From positions 548,139 to 580,138 of the forward strand of contig NZ_CP059223.1 in assembly GCF_014252415.1 (NCBI RefSeq): DNA of 32,000 nt, given 5' to 3'. The DNA is from Candidatus Saccharimonadota bacterium (lineage in GTDB: Bacteria; Bacteroidota; Bacteroidia; Flavobacteriales; Blattabacteriaceae). Shown piece after piece: positions 1-9,488 of the stretch. The stretch's first letter is position 1; the number at the start of each line of letters is the position of its first letter. The position numbers and the translations under genes are program-made. The notes beneath the pieces were generated by a model. The model made no database searches and was not told where the DNA came from. It saw nothing but the letters and a program-made list of their open reading frames with translations.

Positions 1-64
1 AAAAAAATACATATGTTAATTTTTTTATTAAATTATTCATACTTTATTTATTAATTTTTTTTTA

Positions 65-3000
65 TTAATCATCACATTCTATAATCCATTTTCCTTCTTT
101 AAAAAAAGAATCATATTGTTTAAATTTAATTTTTTTTCTTTCTCCGGTGACAACGTTACGAATTTTAATTTTATTATTTCTACCAAATTTTTTTTTTCTA
201 TCATATTTAAATATAGATGATATACTATCGATCAATATATTAGATCTAAATAAAAAATAAAGTATTTTTTTATTAATATCATAAATTCTTTCTTGAAATA
301 AATTAAATGCATTTTGTTTATATACAATAAGTGGATCTTTTTGTTCAAAAACAGCATTCTGAACTGAGAATCGTAAGTTATCCATTTCTTTTAAATGGTC
401 TCTCCATGTATCATCTACAAAAAATAATATAGATTTTTTTTCAAAATCTAAAAATAAAGACTCACCTTTAGTAATATTAAAATCACATAAGCTAGACGTA
501 CATAAAATATTTTTATTTTCATTTGTAAATATTACTTGTATCTCATAATCATCTATATCATTGTTAATTTTAATATTAGATATATATGGATTAATATAAT
601 TTGTAATTATATTATTTTTTCTAATTTTATAATAATCAATAAGTGAATTATGAATTTTTTCAATATAATCATCAATTTTATTAACAATAAATTCATTTTT
701 TTTTATTAAACATTTAATACCAAATACTTGAAAAAAATCTAATTTCAAATTATCAAAATTTTTTATAAATTTATTTTTGGAAATCATAATTTTCAATAAA
801 ATATATATCATATTAGATATATCTAAATCTAATTGATTTCCATATAATGCATTTTTTCTTTTTTCATAAATAAATTCTCTTTGTTTATTAATTACATCAT
901 CATAATCTAACAAACGTTTTCTAATACTAAAATTATTATCTTCTATTTTTTTTTGAGCTTTTTCAATAGATTTTGTTAATAAAGAATGTTGAATAATATC
1001 TCCTTCTTTATGTCCAAATTTATCCATTAGTTTAGAAAGTTTTTCTGAATCAAAAAATAGTCGAATTAAATCATCTTCTAAAGAAATGTAAAATTGACTA
1101 CTTCCTGGATCTCCTTGTCTTCCAGATCTTCCTCTTAATTGATTATCAACTCTTCTAGAATCATGTCTTTCTGTTCCTAAAACAGCTAATCCACCATTAT
1201 TAATTACTTTTTGTGATAATTTAATATCAGTACCCCTACCTGCCATATTAGTAGCTATTGTTACATGACCAGGTAAACCAGCTTTTGATATAATTTCTGC
1301 TTCTTTTTCATGTAATTTTGCATTTAAAACATTATGTCTTATTTTTCTAAAACTAAGTGTTCTACTTAAAAATTCCGATACTTCTACTGAAGTAGTTCCC
1401 ACAAGAACTGGCCTATTATTTTTTTTAGAAAGAAAAATAATTTTTTCTATTATAGAGTTATATTTTTCTCTTTTTGTTTTAAATACAAGATCTTGTAAAT
1501 CTTTCCTTTTAATAGGTTTATGAGTAGGAATAACCACTACATCTAATTTATAGATATGCCAAAATTCTCCTGATTCTGTTTCTGCAGTACCTGTCATCCC
1601 AGATATTTTATTATACATTCTAAAATAATTTTGTAATGTTATAGTTGCAAAAGTTTGACTAGAAGATTCTACATAAACATTTTCTTTTGCCTCTATAGCT
1701 TGATGTAATCCATCGGAATAACGTCTTCCTTCCATGATTCTACCTGTTTGCTCATCAACTATTTTAACTTTATTTCCTAATAAAACATAATCTACATCTT
1801 TTTCAAATAATGTATAAGCCCTAAGTAGTTGATTAATAATATGAATTCTTTGAGATTTAATAGAAAAATTTTTAATTAAAAAATCTTTTTCTTTTATCTC
1901 ATCTTCTTTTGACAAATTTTTATTTTCTAAATCAGATAATTCTGAATTAATATCAGACAATACAAAAAATCTGGGGTCTTTTACATTTCTTGATAAAAAT
2001 TCTATTCCTTTATCTGTTAATTCTACCGTATTATTTTTTTCATCAATTACAAAATATAATTCTGAATCTACTTTATACATTTCTTTTCCATAATCTTGTA
2101 TATATTGACTTTCTATCTTTTGTAAAAAAGAACGAACATTTTTTTCACTTAAAAATTTAATTAGAGATTTTTTTTTTGGTAATCCTCTATATGCCTGAAG
2201 TAATCTAAATCCACCTAATTTAATTTTTTTATTTATTATTAATCTTTTAGATTCTTTAATAAAAAAATTTACTATTAAATTTTGCTCATGTACAAGATCT
2301 TTTACCTTATCTTTAAAAATCTCAAATTCTTTTTTATTGTCTTTTTCAGGATCTACAGGCCCCGAAATAACTAATGGTGTTCTTGCTTCATCTATTAGTA
2401 CAGAATCTATTTCATCTATTATAGCATAATTCAATTTTCTTTGAACTAAATCTTTTTTATCATTTACCATATTATCACGTAAATAATCAAATCCAAATTC
2501 ATTATTAGTTCCATAAGTTATATCTGCTTTATATGCTTTTTTACGCATTTCAATATTATTAGATGAATAATTATCAATACAATCCACTCTTAATCCATGA
2601 AATTCCATTAAAGGAGCCATCCATTCAGTATCTCTTCTAGATAAATAATTATTTACAGTAACAATATGGACCCCTTTTCCAGATAAAGCATTAAGATAAG
2701 CAGATAAAGTAGAAACAAAAGTTTTCCCTTCACCTGTAGCCATTTCCGCAATTTTTCCTTGATGTAAAATAATACCCCCCATTAGCTGTACATCATAATG
2801 CACCATATCCCATATTACATTTTTACCATAAGCATTCCATTCATTATTCCAAATAGCATTTTTTTTATGTAAAAATACGTAAGGTTTTGTCTTTGATAAT
2901 TCTTTATCTAGAAAAGTTGATCTAACTATAATTTTTTTATTTTTTTTGAAACGTTTTGCTGTTTCTTTAATAATAGCAAACGATTCTGGTAATATCTCTA

Positions 3001-3316
3001 ATAAAATTTTTTGTTCGGTTTCATATGATTTTTCTCTAATTTTTTCTATAGAATAATAAATCTTTTCTAGATTAGAAATGGAACAATTTTTTCTTGATTC
3101 TTCCAACAAAATTTTTTTTTGTTGATCAAATTCTTTTAGAGAATCTTTTATAAGATTTTTTAAATAAAAAGTTTTATTTCTTAATTCATCATGAGATAAT
3201 AAACATATTTCTTTATTTTTTTCTTTTATTTTGTCCAATATTTTTTTTATTTTTTTTAGATCTTTTTCGTTTTTATTTAAAAAAAATTTTTTTAAAAATT
3301 TCTTGATAAAATTCAT
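65..3316 (-). CDS. secA: Preprotein translocase ATPase SecA
   Basis: The 1083-aa ORF has the SecA DEAD-motor motifs (MATGEGKTF Walker A, IIDEIDSVLIDEARTPLVISG, TNMAGRGTDIKL, GRSGRQGDPGSS). The length is typical of Bacteroidota SecA. Confidence 0.96.
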   Translation of the reverse strand: MNFIKKFLKKFFLNKNEKDLKKIKKILDKIKEKNKEICLLSHDELRNKTFYLKNLIKDSLKEFDQQKKILLEESRKNCSISNLEKIYYSIEKIREKSYETEQKILLEILPESFAIIKETAKRFKKNKKIIVRSTFLDKELSKTKPYVFLHKKNAIWNNEWNAYGKNVIWDMVHYDVQLMGGIILHQGKIAEMATGEGKTFVSTLSAYLNALSGKGVHIVTVNNYLSRRDTEWMAPLMEFHGLRVDCIDNYSSNNIEMRKKAYKADITYGTNNEFGFDYLRDNMVNDKKDLVQRKLNYAIIDEIDSVLIDEARTPLVISGPVDPEKDNKKEFEIFKDKVKDLVHEQNLIVNFFIKESKRLIINKKIKLGGFRLLQAYRGLPKKKSLIKFLSEKNVRSFLQKIESQYIQDYGKEMYKVDSELYFVIDEKNNTVELTDKGIEFLSRNVKDPRFFVLSDINSELSDLENKNLSKEDEIKEKDFLIKNFSIKSQRIHIINQLLRAYTLFEKDVDYVLLGNKVKIVDEQTGRIMEGRRYSDGLHQAIEAKENVYVESSSQTFATITLQNYFRMYNKISGMTGTAETESGEFWHIYKLDVVVIPTHKPIKRKDLQDLVFKTKREKYNSIIEKIIFLSKKNNRPVLVGTTSVEVSEFLSRTLSFRKIRHNVLNAKLHEKEAEIISKAGLPGHVTIATNMAGRGTDIKLSQKVINNGGLAVLGTERHDSRRVDNQLRGRSGRQGDPGSSQFYISLEDDLIRLFFDSEKLSKLMDKFGHKEGDIIQHSLLTKSIEKAQKKIEDNNFSIRKRLLDYDDVINKQREFIYEKRKNALYGNQLDLDISNMIYILLKIMISKNKFIKNFDNLKLDFFQVFGIKCLIKKNEFIVNKIDDYIEKIHNSLIDYYKIRKNNIITNYINPYISNIKINNDIDDYEIQVIFTNENKNILCTSSLCDFNITKGESLFLDFEKKSILFFVDDTWRDHLKEMDNLRFSVQNAVFEQKDPLIVYKQNAFNLFQERIYDINKKILYFLFRSNILIDSISSIFKYDRKKKFGRNNKIKIRNVVTGERKKIKFKQYDSFFKEGKWIIECDD

Positions 3317-3371
3317 TAATATTTTTTGAAAAAAATTAGTGTTAATCCATTGTTAACTATAACCATAACTT

Positions 3372-3605
3372 TTAAAGTTCATACTCATCTCTATTCCAGT
3401 AAAAATCTTCATCATCACGAGGATAATCTGCCCAGATATCTTCAATTGATTCAAAGATTTCTTCTTCTCCATTTTCTAGTTGTTGTAAATTTTCTACTAC
3501 TTCTAAAGGTGCTCCAGTTCTAATTGCAAAATCTATCAATTCTTCCTTCGTTGCTGGCCAAGGGGCATCTTCTAAATGAGAAGCTAATTCTAAAGTCCAA
3601 TACAT
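3372..3605 (-). CDS. Small acidic conserved protein, DUF2795-like
   Basis: The 77-aa ORF (MYWTLELASHLEDAPWPATKEELIDFAIRTGAPLEVVENLQ...) matches my memory of the DUF2795 pattern. It is visibly richer in G+C than its flanks. It lies on the same strand as secA, 55 nt upstream of it. Confidence 0.75.
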   Translation of the reverse strand: MYWTLELASHLEDAPWPATKEELIDFAIRTGAPLEVVENLQQLENGEEEIFESIEDIWADYPRDDEDFYWNRDEYEL

Positions 3606-3662
3606 AATAATTATAATATTTTTAAAACAAAAAAAGTAATATTCTTAATTTTTATATATTTA

Positions 3663-3670
3663 TATATTTG
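3663..3670 (+). promoter_or_regulatory. Candidate Bacteroidetes-type -7 promoter box (TATATTTG, consensus TAnnTTTG) upstream of fmt
   Basis: It is an exact match to TAnnTTTG in the intergenic spacer, 15 nt upstream of ATG 3685 and 78 nt upstream of ATG 3748. No clear -33 TTTG sits at the canonical spacing. Confidence 0.3.
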
Positions 3671-3747
3671 ATTTTCAAAAATCAATGAGTCTTTCTTTTA
3701 CAAAATCACAAGATAAAAATAGTGAATTTAAATTACAAATAAATTAT

Positions 3748-4692
3748 ATGAAAAAATTCCCAAAGATTGTTTTTATAGGATCTAATCAGTTTTCTATTTC
3801 ATCTTTAAAAGAATTATATGATAAAGAATACAATATTATTGGAATAATTACTAATCCAGATCATAAAAAAAAAAATATAATTAAATTTAATCCTATAAAA
3901 AAATATTCATTAGAAAAAAAAATTCCATTATTACAACCTAATAATCTATTAGATCCAATATTTATAAATCAAATAAAAATTTGGAATGCGGATATATATA
4001 TAGTAGTTTCTTTTAAATTTATTCCAAAAAAAATATGGAGTTTACCCCGTTTTGGAACTATCAATTTACATGCATCTTTACTTCCGATGTATCGTGGAGC
4101 TGCCCCAATTAATTGGGTTATTCTCAATGGAGAAAATAAAACTGGATTAACTGTTTTTTTTATAGAAGAAAAAATAGATTGTGGAAAAATAATTTTACAA
4201 AAAGAAGTAAAAATAGGAGATAATGACACAGCAGGAGAGTTACAAAAGAAATTAGAAAATAATAGTGGATCTATTATTATATCTAGTATAAATAAAATTT
4301 TAAAAAAAGATTATTCATTAAAAAAAAAAAATACTTTTTCTATAAAAAAAGCCCCAAAATTATTTACAAAAGATTGCAGAATCCAATGGAATCTACCTAT
4401 AGACACCATTTATAATAAAATAAGGGGATTAAGTCCCTATCCTTCTGCATGGACATTATTATATTTTAATAAAAAAAATTTTTTTAGATTTAAAATATTT
4501 CTTTCCGAAAAAAAAAAATGTGTACATAATTATTTAATAGGGTTGATAATTATTAATACTAATAATATGTTTATTTCTATAAAAGAAGGATTTATTAGAA
4601 TTTTAGAATGTCAAATAGAAGGAAAAAAAAAAATGGCAATAAAAAATTTTATTAATGGAATAAAAATAAAAAAAAATCTATTTGTTAAATAA
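3748..4692 (+). CDS. fmt: Methionyl-tRNA formyltransferase
   Basis: Fmt motifs are present (IVFIGSNQF N-terminus, NLHASLLPMYRGAAPINW). The ORF opens at 3685, but homology to the Fmt N-terminus begins at Met22 (ATG at 3748), so 3685 remains an alternative start. Confidence 0.9.
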   Translation: MKKFPKIVFIGSNQFSISSLKELYDKEYNIIGIITNPDHKKKNIIKFNPIKKYSLEKKIPLLQPNNLLDPIFINQIKIWNADIYIVVSFKFIPKKIWSLPRFGTINLHASLLPMYRGAAPINWVILNGENKTGLTVFFIEEKIDCGKIILQKEVKIGDNDTAGELQKKLENNSGSIIISSINKILKKDYSLKKKNTFSIKKAPKLFTKDCRIQWNLPIDTIYNKIRGLSPYPSAWTLLYFNKKNFFRFKIFLSEKKKCVHNYLIGLIIINTNNMFISIKEGFIRILECQIEGKKKMAIKNFINGIKIKKNLFVK

Positions 4693-4714
4693 CAATTAGG
4701 TATTAGTTATTTGT

Positions 4715-4722
4715 TATATTTG
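4715..4722 (+). promoter_or_regulatory. Candidate -7 promoter box (TATATTTG) upstream of the HU gene
   Basis: It is an exact TAnnTTTG match 53 nt upstream of the hup ATG (4775). The TTTG at 4681-4684 is about 30 nt upstream, which is non-canonical spacing. Confidence 0.3.
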
Positions 4723-4774
4723 TTTTTATTAATTATAATCTTGTTTTATAGTTAATTAAAATAATTTTACAATT

Positions 4775-5041
4775 ATGAATAAAACAGAATTAGTTAATTC
4801 AATAGCTGAAAAAACTGGAATAACAAAAATAAAAGCAAAAAGTGTTACTGATGCATTTATTCAAACAGTAATTGAATCATTAAAAAGAGGAGATAAAGTT
4901 ACTCTTGTTGGATTTGGAACCTTTTCTGTAGTGGAAAGAAATCCTAGAAATGGAGTAAACCCTAGAACAGGAAAAAAAATATATATCCCTGGAAAAAAAG
5001 TAGCTAAATTTAAAATAGGAGCAGAACTTACAAAGTTATAA
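4775..5041 (+). CDS. hup: DNA-binding protein HU
   Basis: The 88-aa ORF has the HU/IHF signature (GFGTFSVVERNPRNGVNPRTGKKIYIPGKKVAKFK). Confidence 0.93.
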   Translation: MNKTELVNSIAEKTGITKIKAKSVTDAFIQTVIESLKRGDKVTLVGFGTFSVVERNPRNGVNPRTGKKIYIPGKKVAKFKIGAELTKL

Positions 5042-5053
5042 TTAAAAAAAATT

Positions 5054-5088
5054 AAAGATAAAGTTTTTATAAAAAAAACTTTATCTTT
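5054..5088. terminator. Perfect 14-bp inverted repeat between convergent hup and pdxH, a likely shared intrinsic terminator
   Basis: The left arm AAAGATAAAGTTTT (5054-5067) is the exact reverse complement of AAAACTTTATCTTT (5075-5088), with a 7-nt loop. The A7 run at 5044-5050 gives a T-tract after the hairpin for the minus-strand (pdxH) transcript. Confidence 0.5.
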
Positions 5089-5101
5089 AATAAATTTCTA
5101 T

Positions 5102-5755
5102 TTATGGAGATAATCTATGTATTATCCATTCTTTATTGTTTTTCAATTCATAAGAAAGTCTATCATGTAATCTATTTGGCTTTCCTTGCCAAAATTCCAT
5201 TTTATATGGGTAGACTAGATATCCACCCCAATAAAAAGGTCTAGATATATCTTTTTTTTTGAAAAAATTTTTCCATTTTTTATATTTATTTAATAAATAT
5301 TTTCTAGATGGGATAATAGAACTTTGTCTTGAAGCCCACGATCCTAAATTATTGTTTATTGGTCTTTTTTCAAAATAAATATCAGATTTTATTTTTTTTA
5401 TTTTAGATGTAATTCCTTTAATTATTATTTGTCTAGATGTTTTTTCCCAAAAAAATGATAAACAAACTTTAGGATAAAGTTTAATTGAAATTCCTTTAGA
5501 ACTATAATAATTCGTATAAAAAATAAATCCTTTATTAGAATATTCTTTTAATAAAACAATTCTAGTTTCTGGAGCACCATCTTTTCCTATAGTAGATAAA
5601 GACATCGCATTAATCTCTTTATTTTCTGATTCAGAAAAAGATTTTTCATATTGAAACCAATCATGAAATAATTGAAATGGATCCATTGGTATTTCGGAAC
5701 ATGAAAAATAATTATTAGAATAATTTTTTCTTAATCCACTTAAATCAATAATCAT
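5102..5755 (-). CDS. pdxH: Pyridoxamine/pyridoxine 5'-phosphate oxidase
   Basis: The 217-aa ORF has the PNPOx C-terminal signature (MEFWQGKPNRLHDRLSY...HRLSP) and the RIVLLKEY...GFIFYTNY core. Confidence 0.9.
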   Translation of the reverse strand: MIIDLSGLRKNYSNNYFSCSEIPMDPFQLFHDWFQYEKSFSESENKEINAMSLSTIGKDGAPETRIVLLKEYSNKGFIFYTNYYSSKGISIKLYPKVCLSFFWEKTSRQIIIKGITSKIKKIKSDIYFEKRPINNNLGSWASRQSSIIPSRKYLLNKYKKWKNFFKKKDISRPFYWGGYLVYPYKMEFWQGKPNRLHDRLSYELKNNKEWIIHRLSP

Positions 5756-5827
5756 AAACTAAAAAATATATCATAAATTATATAAATATATTATATATTC
5801 ATTTATTAAATTTAAAAAAAATCTATT

Positions 5828-5902
5828 GGCGTGATAGCTCAGATTGGTTAGAGCATTGGATTCATAACCCAAAGGTCGGGGGTTCAATTCCCCCTCACGC
5901 TA
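5828..5902 (+). tRNA. tRNA with CAU anticodon, most likely elongator tRNA-Met
   Basis: A hand-folded cloverleaf gives acceptor GGCGTGA/TCACGCT (G1-U72 wobble) and D arm GCTC-AGATTGGTTA-GAGC. The anticodon arm is TTGGA-TTCATAA-CCCAA with one A-C mismatch. The T arm is GGGGG-TTCAATT-CCCCC, the discriminator is A, and no CCA is encoded. Confidence 0.85.
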
Positions 5903-5937
5903 TTTATAGATAATAGTAAAAAATTATTTATTTCATA

Positions 5938-8043
5938 ATGAAAATATCATTTAATTGGATAAAAAAATACTTATATTCTATAAATCTTGATGAAAAAACA
6001 TTTATTAATTTATTATCAAGTATAGGATTAACAATAAAAAATTATGAAAAAATATATCACAAAAATAATCATAAAGATATTATTCTAAATATAGAATTTA
6101 CGCCTAATCGTCATGATATAATGAGTCATTATGGTATTGCAAAAGATATTTATGCATTTTTAAAATTTCATAATTATAATATTCTAATTAAGAAATTAAA
6201 ATTAGACACAATTTTATGTCCAACATCAATTAAAAATGATATTTCTATATCTTTAGATAAAAAATTATTAAGTAACAATCTTTTTATAAGATATACTGGA
6301 GTATCTATTTTTAATATAAAAAAAAATTCATCCCCTAATTGGCTTATTTCAAATTTAAAATCTATAGGTATTCACAGTGTAAATAATATAATTGATATCA
6401 TTAATTATACAATTTCAGAACTAGGTATTCCTATACATTTATTTGATCTAGATAAAATAATTGGAGACAAAATTTTTATAAAAAGCTTAAATACAAATAA
6501 TAATTTTTTTACTGAAAATTATAATTTAGTAAAAATAGATAAGGATGAATTAATAATTTCTGATAAAAAAAATATTTTATCTTTAGGAGGTGTTATAAAT
6601 AGTGGAAAAAATGGACATATTGATAAAAATACTAAAAATATATTTTTAGGAATTATATGTGTAAATCCATCTTATATTTATTTAATTAGAAAAAAATATT
6701 TAATTAAAACAAAATCTCAATTTTTACTTGAAAAAAATATTGATCCTAACCAAACTATATATGTATTACGTAGATTATTTTTTCTTATAAAAAATATTGT
6801 CAAAATTAATTGCAATATATCTAACATTATAGATATATATCCAATTGTATTAAAATCTATAGTTATAAAACTATATTATGATAGAGTATCAAATATCATT
6901 GGAGAAAAAATAAATAAAAATGATATAAAAAAAATTTTATTATTACTTAATATTTATATAAATGAAGAAAAAAATAATTATTTACTAGTTTCTATTCCGA
7001 CATATAGAACTGATATAAAAAGAGAAATTGATTTAATAGAAGAAATATTACGAATCTATGGTATAGATTACCTAAAAAAATTAAATCATAATACTATTTA
7101 TACAACTAATAATTATTTATATAAAAAAGAAAACGAAATACAAAAAACTATATCGGAACAATTAATATATAATGGATTTCAAGAAATTATTACTTCAACT
7201 ATTAGAAATTACGATAAAATAGAATTTTTATATGATTATCAATTAAATAAAGAAAAAATAAGTATAATTAATTCTAATATAGATAATCATAACAGTAAAA
7301 TAATACGTTCTACAATGTTATTTAGCATAGTAGAATGTATTCTATACAATTATAATTATAATAGATCTTTTATTAAAGAAAATGGAATAAAATTATTTGA
7401 AATAGGAAAAATTTTTTATAAAAAAAATAATAATTTTATAGAATCTAAAATACTTAGTATTTCTATATCAGAAATAGAAAAAAAATCTAAAATGTTAGAT
7501 TTTTTTTATTTAAAAGGTATTATAGAACAAATTTTTCAAAAAATAGGGGTTTTAGATTATGTACAAAAAAATATAGAAAATCCTTTTTTATGTAACTGTT
7601 TATCAATTTTATATAAAGAAAAATTTTTAGTTTTACTTGGAAAAGTAAAAGATATATATGCTAATAATCATGAAATATTTTATGCTGAATGGAATTGGGA
7701 TTATATTATTTCTATTATTAGAAATAACAAAATTTCATATAAACCTATATCAAAATATCCGACTATAAAAAGAGATCTTTCTTTTATTATTAATAGTAAT
7801 GTTTCATTTGAGGAATTGAACAGTTTTATTAAAAACAAAAAAAATAAAATAATAAAAAATATATATATATATGATTCTTACCAAGGAAGTAATATTCCTA
7901 TATCAAAAAAATCTTATACTATAAGTTTTTATTTTGAAAGCAATAAAATGACTTTAACAAAAAAAATTATAGATAAATCTATGGAAAAAATAGAATTTCT
8001 TTTAAAAAAATATTTTTCTATTGAAAAAAGAGATAAAAATTAA
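5938..8043 (+). CDS. pheT: Phenylalanine--tRNA ligase beta subunit (short form lacking the OB-fold tRNA-binding domain)
   Basis: The 701-aa ORF has a B1-like N-terminus (MKISFNWIKKYL), the B3/B4 motif (TPNRHDIMSHYGIAKD), a B5 region (PTYRTDIKREIDLIEEILRIYGID) and a C-terminal FDX-ACB-like region (KYPTIKRDLSFII...DSYQG). Confidence 0.9.
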   Translation: MKISFNWIKKYLYSINLDEKTFINLLSSIGLTIKNYEKIYHKNNHKDIILNIEFTPNRHDIMSHYGIAKDIYAFLKFHNYNILIKKLKLDTILCPTSIKNDISISLDKKLLSNNLFIRYTGVSIFNIKKNSSPNWLISNLKSIGIHSVNNIIDIINYTISELGIPIHLFDLDKIIGDKIFIKSLNTNNNFFTENYNLVKIDKDELIISDKKNILSLGGVINSGKNGHIDKNTKNIFLGIICVNPSYIYLIRKKYLIKTKSQFLLEKNIDPNQTIYVLRRLFFLIKNIVKINCNISNIIDIYPIVLKSIVIKLYYDRVSNIIGEKINKNDIKKILLLLNIYINEEKNNYLLVSIPTYRTDIKREIDLIEEILRIYGIDYLKKLNHNTIYTTNNYLYKKENEIQKTISEQLIYNGFQEIITSTIRNYDKIEFLYDYQLNKEKISIINSNIDNHNSKIIRSTMLFSIVECILYNYNYNRSFIKENGIKLFEIGKIFYKKNNNFIESKILSISISEIEKKSKMLDFFYLKGIIEQIFQKIGVLDYVQKNIENPFLCNCLSILYKEKFLVLLGKVKDIYANNHEIFYAEWNWDYIISIIRNNKISYKPISKYPTIKRDLSFIINSNVSFEELNSFIKNKKNKIIKNIYIYDSYQGSNIPISKKSYTISFYFESNKMTLTKKIIDKSMEKIEFLLKKYFSIEKRDKN

Positions 8044-9480
8044 TCATTTTAATAGTTTTTCTAAAATATTTTTTAACCCAGTTTTTGACTCTATTTTTTG
8101 TGAAATTTCTTTTATATGAATTCTTTCTTGAAGCATATTATCTCTATAACGCATAGTAACTGTATTATTTTCTATAGTCTCATAATCTACGGTAAAACAT
8201 AATGGTGTACCTATTGCATCCTGTTTTCGGTATAATTTACCTATTGAATCTTTACAATCATAAATTATTTTATGATTTACTTTTTCATTATTAAATATTT
8301 TTTTTGTAATCTCCAATAATCCATCTTTTTTAACTAATGGTAATATAGCAGCTTTTACTGGAGATAAATAAGGAGGAATTTTTAATACAATACGTTTTTT
8401 TCCATTTTTTAGTTTTTCTTCTTTTAAAGAAGATGTTAATATAGCCATAAATAAACGATCCAATCCTAAAGAGGTTTCTATAACATATGGAATATATTTA
8501 TTTTTTTTTCCATCATTAACTATAAATTTTTTATTAGTGGATAACTCATGCTGTTTTAAATCAAAATCTCTTCTAGAATGAATTCCTTCTAATTCTCTAA
8601 AACCAAAAGGGAAATTAAATTCTATATCCACTCCTAAAGTAGCATAATGAGCTAAATTTTTATGATTAATTAATCTATATTGATTTTTTCCTAAATTTAA
8701 TAATAAATGCCATTTTAATCTCTTATTTATCCAATATTTATACCATTTTTTTTCATCTTTAGGATAAATAAAAAATTGCATTTCCATCTGTTCAAATTCT
8801 CTTAATCTAAATAAGAATTGTCTTGCAACAATTTCATTTCTAAACGATTTTCCTATTTGAGCAATTCCAAATGGAATTTTCATTCTACTAGATTTTTGTA
8901 CATTAATAAAATTACAGAATATACCTTGTGCAGTTTCTGGACGAAGAAATAAATTTTTAGAATTTTTTATTTCAAACATCATATTAAAAAAATGCATATT
9001 GGTCCAATATTTATCTTTTTTATTTTTACTAATTGGATCATATATATCTAATTCATTTATTAATTTAATTATATCCGATAAATCTTTTTTTTTTAAAGAT
9101 TTATTTAAACGAATTAAAATTTTATTTTTTTTATTATGATTATTATAGAAAATTTTATTTATATAATTCTCGATTAATATATTAACCCGATATCTTTTTT
9201 TAGAATTTTTATTATCAATTAATAGTTCTTTAAATTCATCAATATGTCCAGATGATTTCCAAATATCTGAATGTGTTAATATAGATGAATCTATTCCTAC
9301 TATATTATCATTAAGATAAGTCATCGACTTCCACCAAAATTCCTTTATATTATTTTTTAGTTCTATTCCATATTGTCCATAATCATAAATAGCATTGATT
9401 CCTCCATAAATATCACTAGAAGGAAAAATAAATCCATAAGATTTTGAATGAGATACTAAAAATTTTATAAAATTATTCAT
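8044..9480 (-). CDS. glyQS: Glycine--tRNA ligase (dimeric class II GlyQS type)
   Basis: GlyRS motifs are present (GFIFPSSDIYGG, FLRPETAQGIF, GIAQIGKSFRNEI, VIETSLGLDRL). The ORF runs to 9534, but Met19 (ATG at 9480) matches GlyRS N-termini and removes the overlap with trxB. The TGA stop directly abuts the pheT stop. Confidence 0.9.
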   Translation of the reverse strand: MNNFIKFLVSHSKSYGFIFPSSDIYGGINAIYDYGQYGIELKNNIKEFWWKSMTYLNDNIVGIDSSILTHSDIWKSSGHIDEFKELLIDNKNSKKRYRVNILIENYINKIFYNNHNKKNKILIRLNKSLKKKDLSDIIKLINELDIYDPISKNKKDKYWTNMHFFNMMFEIKNSKNLFLRPETAQGIFCNFINVQKSSRMKIPFGIAQIGKSFRNEIVARQFLFRLREFEQMEMQFFIYPKDEKKWYKYWINKRLKWHLLLNLGKNQYRLINHKNLAHYATLGVDIEFNFPFGFRELEGIHSRRDFDLKQHELSTNKKFIVNDGKKNKYIPYVIETSLGLDRLFMAILTSSLKEEKLKNGKKRIVLKIPPYLSPVKAAILPLVKKDGLLEITKKIFNNEKVNHKIIYDCKDSIGKLYRKQDAIGTPLCFTVDYETIENNTVTMRYRDNMLQERIHIKEISQKIESKTGLKNILEKLLK

Positions 9481-9488
9481 AAAAATTT

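Noticed and set aside
3326-3523. 65-aa plus-strand ORF
   Set aside because: It is antisense shadow of the much better supported DUF2795 gene (3372-3605, minus strand). The sequence is low-complexity and Leu-rich, with no recognisable motif.
3969-4229. 86-aa minus-strand ORF inside fmt
   Set aside because: It is an antisense shadow ORF within a well-supported fmt coding region and has no homology signal.
4320-4331. Long homopolymer tracts inside genes as possible frameshift or transcriptional-slippage sites: A12 in fmt, A13 at 10514-10526, T11 at 25981-25991 and T12 at 26172-26183
   Set aside because: All of these tracts keep the reading frame intact and encode poly-Lys runs. Nothing in this window requires slippage rescue. 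The tracts are a mutational hotspot, not an observed anomaly.
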